Source: a virus (lineage: Duplodnaviria; Caudoviricetes). Taken from it: a DNA stretch of 27,511 nt. The position numbers were made by a program, and so were the translations under genes. Below, piece by piece: positions 21,851 through 27,511 of this stretch. The notes under the pieces were generated by a model. That model was not told where the DNA came from. It did not search any database and was given only the letters and a program-made list of their open reading frames with translations. The stretch is taken from positions 1-27,511 of IMG/VR virus record IMGVR_UViG_3300027373_000017; one strand, written 5' to 3'. Positions within the stretch are counted from its first letter, which is position 1; every line of letters starts with the position of its first letter.

Positions 21851-24800
21851 ATGGCGACTGGTCCTTCGGCGTGGGATTTAAAACAGGCACGACTAAAAGC
21901 AATGCGAATGGCGAGACTGGGGAAGTTACCCGGGTTTGGCGGTGTGGCAAAAGGCGAAGGCGCGATCAACTATACAGTACAGGCAGGGGATAGCTGGGAA
22001 AGCATCGCCGGCATGTTTGGAGGAGATCAGCGCAAGGCGTACTGGCTGGCCAATAAAGCAGGGTACAGCCCGTTTGATGTATTACAAGCCGGGACACAAA
22101 TCAAAGTACCGAACGGGATCAATGGGGACTGGTCGCCCTATATCAATGAGAATTTCTTTACAGGAATTAAATACAACGATTTACAAGAAGGTAATCGGGT
22201 GGACGGGTACCGCTTTGAGCGATATGACCCAAAGAACCCGCAAGATCGGCCGTGGACATCAATTGACAGCGATTGGTTAGGAAGTAAATTTGGGGGTGTA
22301 TTGGCAACCCCAAACTACACCCCGAATTATTGGGCGAACCCGGCCAACGTCGTGTATTGGAATAACTTGATCGATACCCAGGCGATCCCCGGTGATAGCT
22401 GGTTGGACGAAAATACCCAGAAATTCATCAAAGATACGTATGCCTATATGGAAATGCGGAACGGGTTCAAACCAAATACAGAATGGGGATATTTACCGGA
22501 CGGAGACCCGAATTGGGGACAATTGCAGGAAATGCCGGCGCCCCCGGAGATTATCTTTGGAGAGAACGGGCAGGTAGCCAACCCATTGGCGGCGATTCCA
22601 GAAGTGGGTTATAACGCGGTAACCAATTGGCAAGACCCGTATTTCGACTGGTCGAAACTGAGCATTGAGCAGAAACAAGCCGTGATCAGAGATCCAAACT
22701 TTAATATGCACGATGTCGCAACTTATAACCAGGGAATGATCCTGAGCGATCCTGTATTTGATGAAGTTTGGAAAGAAATGCCTTACTTCCAACAAATCTA
22801 TCAAAAAAATCTATTTAGTTTATTTTCCAATCCCGCCACCGCTCCAGCAGCGCAAGGGATTGCTGCAGGGGTGATAACTACATCTGTAGCTGGACCGAAA
22901 GCTGGCATTATAGCAGCGCTTGCCCCGATGTTATTAGGGTATGGGCAACAATTGGGTGGAAAAGCAGGTGAAACCATGCAAGCACTTGGTATGGCATTAA
23001 ACAAACCCGCTGAATTAGTAGAACAGAAGGCCGGGCAAGACCAGATTTTACAAAATGTGGCAAAGTATCAAGCGAGTGGAGTAGAAATACCGGCATGGTT
23101 GGAACAAATTAGAAAGGGAACCTTTGATAACCTTATTAATGCGCGTGAACAGAATATTCAGCTCGCCGAAGAATTAAAGCCTTACTCTGATGAAGAAATC
23201 AAAGAAGCTGCCTGGCTGGCAGGTAAATTAGCTTATGAAACCGGTGAACTGTTCAGAGAGACTGGGGCAGGAGCTTCATACGAACTATTTGTTACTCAAT
23301 TGGGAGAAACGGAGAATATAAAGGTGCGAGAGGGTTATACCCTCACTGACGCTACTTTGCGATTATTGAAGGGAGAATCTTACGAATCTATAAGAGAAGA
23401 CTTTATTAGAGAGTATGGCATTACCGGTGTGATCGCTGATTTTGGATTGCAATCAGTATTTGATCCGCTGAATGTAGCCCCGGAGATAGCAGGTAAGGCA
23501 AGAGGTAAATACTTCAGTCATGAAACCGTAAAACTTAGCGGAGAGGCAGGGCGGTTGCGGGGATTGGCGGAGGCGGCTGAACGGGCTGGTAATTTGGCGG
23601 AGGCTGACCGTTTGCTGGGGCTGGCGAATGATACCCAGGCGAAGGCAAGGGTACAAGAACTGCATGCGACGGCGAACAAGATGGCGCCGACCTTGTTTGG
23701 GGAAAATATCTTGCTGTGGAGATCGGAAGCCGGCAGAGCCTTTGAAGGGTTGGCGAAGAGCGCGGACATGGAAACCTTGCGGGCGATGACGCCGAGTGAG
23801 CGGAAACTGGCGGGGCTGGACGCTGATTATGGGATCGCAAAACTGAAACCAACGCCGGCGGAGAGCAGCAAGAAAAGTTTCAGGAAAGCCTGGAGCGGAT
23901 TGTGGGGATTAAACCCGGAAGCGAAAGCGATCATTAATTTCAGAAACGCATCTAATAATATGGGTGTTCTGCTGGACTGGGTAAAAAGCGATGAAATGGT
24001 GGGCGCGAATTTAGAACGGGCATTAACCGCACTGGCTGAACGGGATATAAATACGCTAAAGGATATGGGGGCGACCTTTTTGGATAACCCGGAGTTCAAC
24101 ACAGTGCTGGAGAGTGTGCAGGGTTTTCTGCCCAAATTGAAAGAACTGAACGCGAACTTTGAACTGGCAAAAATACCGAGAGAACGATTTATGGCAATGA
24201 TGGAGATCGTAGGCGGGGATCCGGCAACTTTATTGAAGGGGTTGATCTCCAGTGATCCACGATCGATGTTCAAGGTGGTGGTGGATAAAGCCAGGCAACT
24301 GGATACACTGAGCGCCAAAGACTTTGTGGCGAAGGTGGATAGGGGCGAGATCAGCGCTGAGAGCATCGCCAAAGAGATGGGTGTATTTCGGGATGGCAGG
24401 GTGGCGTTGTACCCGGAAGAACATAAATACCTGGTAAAAGCCTATTATGGTGAGCATTTTGGGAATTGGGCTAAGAAAGCCTTTGGGATAACCAACGAGG
24501 GTGATTTCGCGGGGGTTTTGCGTGGTTTAAAGGGTGCCCAAAGCCTGGCACTGTTGGACATTAACCCGGCTTACATGGTGAATAACTTCATCAATAACCG
24601 GGTATTGATGGCTACCCACGGGGTAATGGGATTTACGACTGACGGGCGGATGAACAGCTGGTTCCAAGATTTTGGGGTAACTCCTGAGGGGGTCAGAGAA
24701 GGGTATGGCGCCTCGCAATACGACGCCGGGACAGTGAATAAACAAGCCAGTGATGGCTCGCTGGGGGTGAAAGAAGAAATTCCGGTAGATGGACAAAATT

Positions 24801-27511
24801 TAATCAGAGAAGCGCGACAGGGATCCGGTTTGGGGAGCAAGATTGCTGATTTTGTGGGTAACGCGCGAAAAGTGGGAGTATTTGGGCGGCTAAGCGCCTG
24901 GCTGGAAGGCGGGAGCAGCAAGCAGATGTATTACAGCGCGATGAGAAGTTTTTATGGCCGGCGCTGGACGGCTGGGAACGGTTTTAAACGGATGCCGGAA
25001 TTGTTGCGCAACCGATTAACGGAGCGCGGGATCGATCCGAATATTTTGGAGCGGACGATTGAAGGTTTTGTGAGCGCGAATGAACTGGATAACCTGGTAA
25101 AGAACACAACCAACCGGAGCGTTGGGGTGCTGGTGAACAGCGCGGCGGATACGTTGGGAATAGACGCGGGAGAAGCGAGCGCATTACTGGGACACCTGGG
25201 GTTGCTGGACGAATTAAAAGACGGGCTGGGGCAGGCGAAGACAGACGCGGAGGTAAAGATTGTATTTGATCAGATCCGGGAGCGGGGAGAGAAATTCGCG
25301 GCTGAACGATGGCGGAATGAATTGCTGGACATGGCGAAACACAGTGAGAACAAGACCAAGACGGAGGGGTTGGCCGGGGCGGTAGATGCTTTTGATATGC
25401 TGGAGGATCGCTATTTTGAAACAAAAATAGAGAATGATTTGAATTGGGATGAAACCTTTGAACGGCTGGCGGAGACCGCGGACAATTACGATTTGCGGAA
25501 TGTGATCATTGAAAGCACGAAGAGCAGGGCAAGCCGGCGTTGGGAACAAGCCCAGGACGCGTACATAGCGACGATGAAGGGGATTTTTGACGGGATCAAC
25601 GTAAGCGGCGCGGACGTGGAGCGAATGCTGGTTTTGATGGGTGAGAAATTTAAAGCCTATCGGACCTTTTTTGGGGAGCGGGATGTGGCCTACGCCGCGT
25701 TTTTTAATGACCGGAACGTGAAGATGAGTTACGCCGATTTGGAACGAACCTGGAACAAGGCATGGGTGAACCTGGTTACTGAGAAGATTGGCGGGATTAC
25801 GAATGAATTTGATGATTTGTTTGTGAAGGTTTTTGGAGAGCATTGGGGCGAAGATGGGGCGAACCTTGCCAGCGCCTGGCGGGGTGATTTACGCACGATT
25901 GATGGGGAGTTGCTGAGTATGATGAGCGAGCATCGGGCGAACCTTGCCAACCTGGACCTGCCTACCCGGGCGGCGCGTTGGAAGGAGTTTAAGCCGGCAT
26001 ACCAGGCGAAATGGAAAGAGCGGATACTGAAACGGAACAATGGCGCGAGTACCCTGTATGAGCGAGCGGGAGAAGGCTTAAAAACGGAGACCCCGGCCGG
26101 GCAGGCTGAAGCGAGCAAACCGGCGGTGAGTGAGCGAGCGACCCAGGTGACGGAAGCGGTTGAACGCGGAAAAGTTTATCGGGCTGGCAAGGAGCGCCAC
26201 CGGACGGCGATTTTTGAGTTGGCGAACCACTATGGCATAGCAACGGCGAACATGGATGGAAGCCCACGGCTTGAGGCATGGGATGAGATCATGGCGATTG
26301 TGCAAGAGTATGGCGGCGCGAACAGCCCGCAATGGCGGCGGTTGGATGATGTACCGTTGGATGTGGTGGATCGGGCGTTTGACAGCTGGCAGCATACGGG
26401 CGCGGATGTACTGACGGGAATTGAAAGCCCTGATTCGGTGGTAAGGCGGATCATGGCGGAAGAATGGGGTGGCGGGGAACCGAAATTGGAGAGTACCCGA
26501 AATGAGGTTAATAGCAGAATTGGGGAGATAAAGAAATACGGAAATGGATTGCCGGTAAGAGATGCCTTTAAACAGAAGATGCTGGATATGGGTATAGAAG
26601 CGGAGGTGGTTAACGCGAATATGGTGTTGGCGGACGCGCACGCCGAGGTATGGGGACGCGGGCACGGAAGGGACGCGGGGGAATGGTATGAGACCCGGAT
26701 TGCAGGCATTGAAGCGGGGGGTGTGGATAAAGACGGCCATCGGGGGATGGTTGAACGATTTGAGGATGGCAGAAATTTGATCACGGCGTTTGAAAACGCG
26801 GACAAGACCACGGTATTGCACGAACTGGGGCATATCTTCCGCCTGGATTTGGAGGGTGAGGATCTGCGGATTGTGGAAGGCTGGGCTGGGGTTGAAGGCG
26901 GGAAGTGGACGATCGCGGCGGAGGAACGCTGGGTGCAAGGGTTGGAAAAGTATATGAGCGAACGCCAGGCACCGGTGGCGGGACTGGAACGGGTGTTTGG
27001 AAAATTTAAAAGCTGGGTTGAAAAGGTTTACAGCGGCTTGCGCGGGTATTTGGATTTGAGTTTGAATGAGGAAATGCTGGGGGTATACGACCGGTTGTTT
27101 GTGGATGAAAAGAACCCGGCGGTAAAGAGCCGGCAGGAATATTTGAATGAAACCGTGGTGAGCCTGGATGATCCGAACCTGATAAGTAACGAAGCGGGGA
27201 CCCGTTTGGGAAAATTGAGGGTCGAGATTGAGGGTAAAGAATACAGCGCTACTGTGAAGATCAGAGAAGACGGGATTCGGTTATATAAGGAACTGGTAGA
27301 AAGTGGGCCAGAGCGGCAGAACTTTAAAGATCTGAATGAGGCGGTAAACCGGTTTGTGGATGAGGCTTTGAACGAAGCGGGGATTGATTACAACCAGGCG
27401 AAGACATTGAGACGGATGGACGCGGACAGTTTGAGCCGGGAGCAGTGGGAATTGGTGGACGCGGCCGGGCTGCTGGAAGAGATTGATCTTGAATTGGGGC
27501 GGGTTGGAGAA
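21851..27511 (+). CDS. Giant polyvalent virion/ejection protein, N-terminal part (~2358 aa in total with 1-1537); N-terminal LysM, HExxH metallopeptidase-like (MPTase) domain
   Basis: RBS GAGG, ATG at 21851. The frame was open in every segment I translated, and the track lists no terminated ORF in this frame. LysM YTVQAGDSWESIA...LQAGTQIKVP at ~21971-22111. FENADKTTVLHELGHIF at ~26789-26839, followed by EERWVQGLEKYM..APVAGLERVF.KFKSWV. Confidence 0.9.
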   Translation, partial: MATGPSAWDLKQARLKAMRMARLGKLPGFGGVAKGEGAINYTVQAGDSWESIAGMFGGDQRKAYWLANKAGYSPFDVLQAGTQIKVPNGINGDWSPYINENFFTGIKYNDLQEGNRVDGYRFERYDPKNPQDRPWTSIDSDWLGSKFGGVLATPNYTPNYWANPANVVYWNNLIDTQAIPGDSWLDENTQKFIKDTYAYMEMRNGFKPNTEWGYLPDGDPNWGQLQEMPAPPEIIFGENGQVANPLAAIPEVGYNAVTNWQDPYFDWSKLSIEQKQAVIRDPNFNMHDVATYNQGMILSDPVFDEVWKEMPYFQQIYQKNLFSLFSNPATAPAAQGIAAGVITTSVAGPKAGIIAALAPMLLGYGQQLGGKAGETMQALGMALNKPAELVEQKAGQDQILQNVAKYQASGVEIPAWLEQIRKGTFDNLINAREQNIQLAEELKPYSDEEIKEAAWLAGKLAYETGELFRETGAGASYELFVTQLGETENIKVREGYTLTDATLRLLKGESYESIREDFIREYGITGVIADFGLQSVFDPLNVAPEIAGKARGKYFSHETVKLSGEAGRLRGLAEAAERAGNLAEADRLLGLANDTQAKARVQELHATANKMAPTLFGENILLWRSEAGRAFEGLAKSADMETLRAMTPSERKLAGLDADYGIAKLKPTPAESSKKSFRKAWSGLWGLNPEAKAIINFRNASNNMGVLLDWVKSDEMVGANLERALTALAERDINTLKDMGATFLDNPEFNTVLESVQGFLPKLKELNANFELAKIPRERFMAMMEIVGGDPATLLKGLISSDPRSMFKVVVDKARQLDTLSAKDFVAKVDRGEISAESIAKEMGVFRDGRVALYPEEHKYLVKAYYGEHFGNWAKKAFGITNEGDFAGVLRGLKGAQSLALLDINPAYMVNNFINNRVLMATHGVMGFTTDGRMNSWFQDFGVTPEGVREGYGASQYDAGTVNKQASDGSLGVKEEIPVDGQNLIREARQGSGLGSKIADFVGNARKVGVFGRLSAWLEGGSSKQMYYSAMRSFYGRRWTAGNGFKRMPELLRNRLTERGIDPNILERTIEGFVSANELDNLVKNTTNRSVGVLVNSAADTLGIDAGEASALLGHLGLLDELKDGLGQAKTDAEVKIVFDQIRERGEKFAAERWRNELLDMAKHSENKTKTEGLAGAVDAFDMLEDRYFETKIENDLNWDETFERLAETADNYDLRNVIIESTKSRASRRWEQAQDAYIATMKGIFDGINVSGADVERMLVLMGEKFKAYRTFFGERDVAYAAFFNDRNVKMSYADLERTWNKAWVNLVTEKIGGITNEFDDLFVKVFGEHWGEDGANLASAWRGDLRTIDGELLSMMSEHRANLANLDLPTRAARWKEFKPAYQAKWKERILKRNNGASTLYERAGEGLKTETPAGQAEASKPAVSERATQVTEAVERGKVYRAGKERHRTAIFELANHYGIATANMDGSPRLEAWDEIMAIVQEYGGANSPQWRRLDDVPLDVVDRAFDSWQHTGADVLTGIESPDSVVRRIMAEEWGGGEPKLESTRNEVNSRIGEIKKYGNGLPVRDAFKQKMLDMGIEAEVVNANMVLADAHAEVWGRGHGRDAGEWYETRIAGIEAGGVDKDGHRGMVERFEDGRNLITAFENADKTTVLHELGHIFRLDLEGEDLRIVEGWAGVEGGKWTIAAEERWVQGLEKYMSERQAPVAGLERVFGKFKSWVEKVYSGLRGYLDLSLNEEMLGVYDRLFVDEKNPAVKSRQEYLNETVVSLDDPNLISNEAGTRLGKLRVEIEGKEYSATVKIREDGIRLYKELVESGPERQNFKDLNEAVNRFVDEALNEAGIDYNQAKTLRRMDADSLSREQWELVDAAGLLEEIDLELGRVGE
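27391..27511. repeat. Terminal direct repeat, right copy
   Basis: Identical to 1-121. Confidence 0.97.

Larger units (their letters stand above)
1..27511. mobile_element. Circular temperate-phage-derived element, apparently incomplete (no integrase, capsid, tail or lysin recognised)
   Basis: Repressor switch, replication/recombination genes, terminase, portal, att core and circular overlap. Confidence 0.85.

Noticed and set aside
21936-26972. Numerous short plus- and minus-strand ORFs in the track (e.g. 26078-26938, 25214-25843)
   Set aside because: Shadows of the giant plus-strand ORF; no RBS or motifs, and composition mirrors the G-rich sense strand.
27391-27511. Biological direct terminal repeat of a linear virion genome
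   Set aside because: Falls mid-gene and its 121-bp length is compatible with an assembler k-mer overlap; treated as a circularity signal only.

Overview
A 27,390-bp circular phage-type element: bases 1-121 are repeated exactly at 27391-27511. From the G-rich coding strand and the Pro/Thr-linker surface protein I would guess a Chloroflexota-like host, but that is inference only. The layout is that of a temperate phage. It starts with an att-like 3' fragment of tRNA-Arg(UCU). A leftward immunity operon follows (XRE repressor, RelE-like/DUF2283 toxin-antitoxin pair, membrane protein). A long rightward early operon carries an RHH regulator, a RecT-like annealase, a replication initiator with iterons, RusA, a LexA-like wHTH and a DUF2292-like protein. 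It runs directly into a complete, array-less type IV-B CRISPR-Cas effector module (csf1-cas11-csf2-csf3-cysH-like). After a convergent two-gene moron, the late operon encodes two holin-like proteins, TerS, TerL, a portal and a ~2358-aa polyvalent virion protein that crosses the window end and is therefore missing from the ORF track. I can recognise no integrase, major capsid, tail or endolysin gene, and there is a suspicious junction near 1480-1500. The circle may therefore be an aberrantly excised or deleted prophage derivative, a helper-dependent element, or a misassembly. All family calls come from motif recognition by eye; no database search was run.
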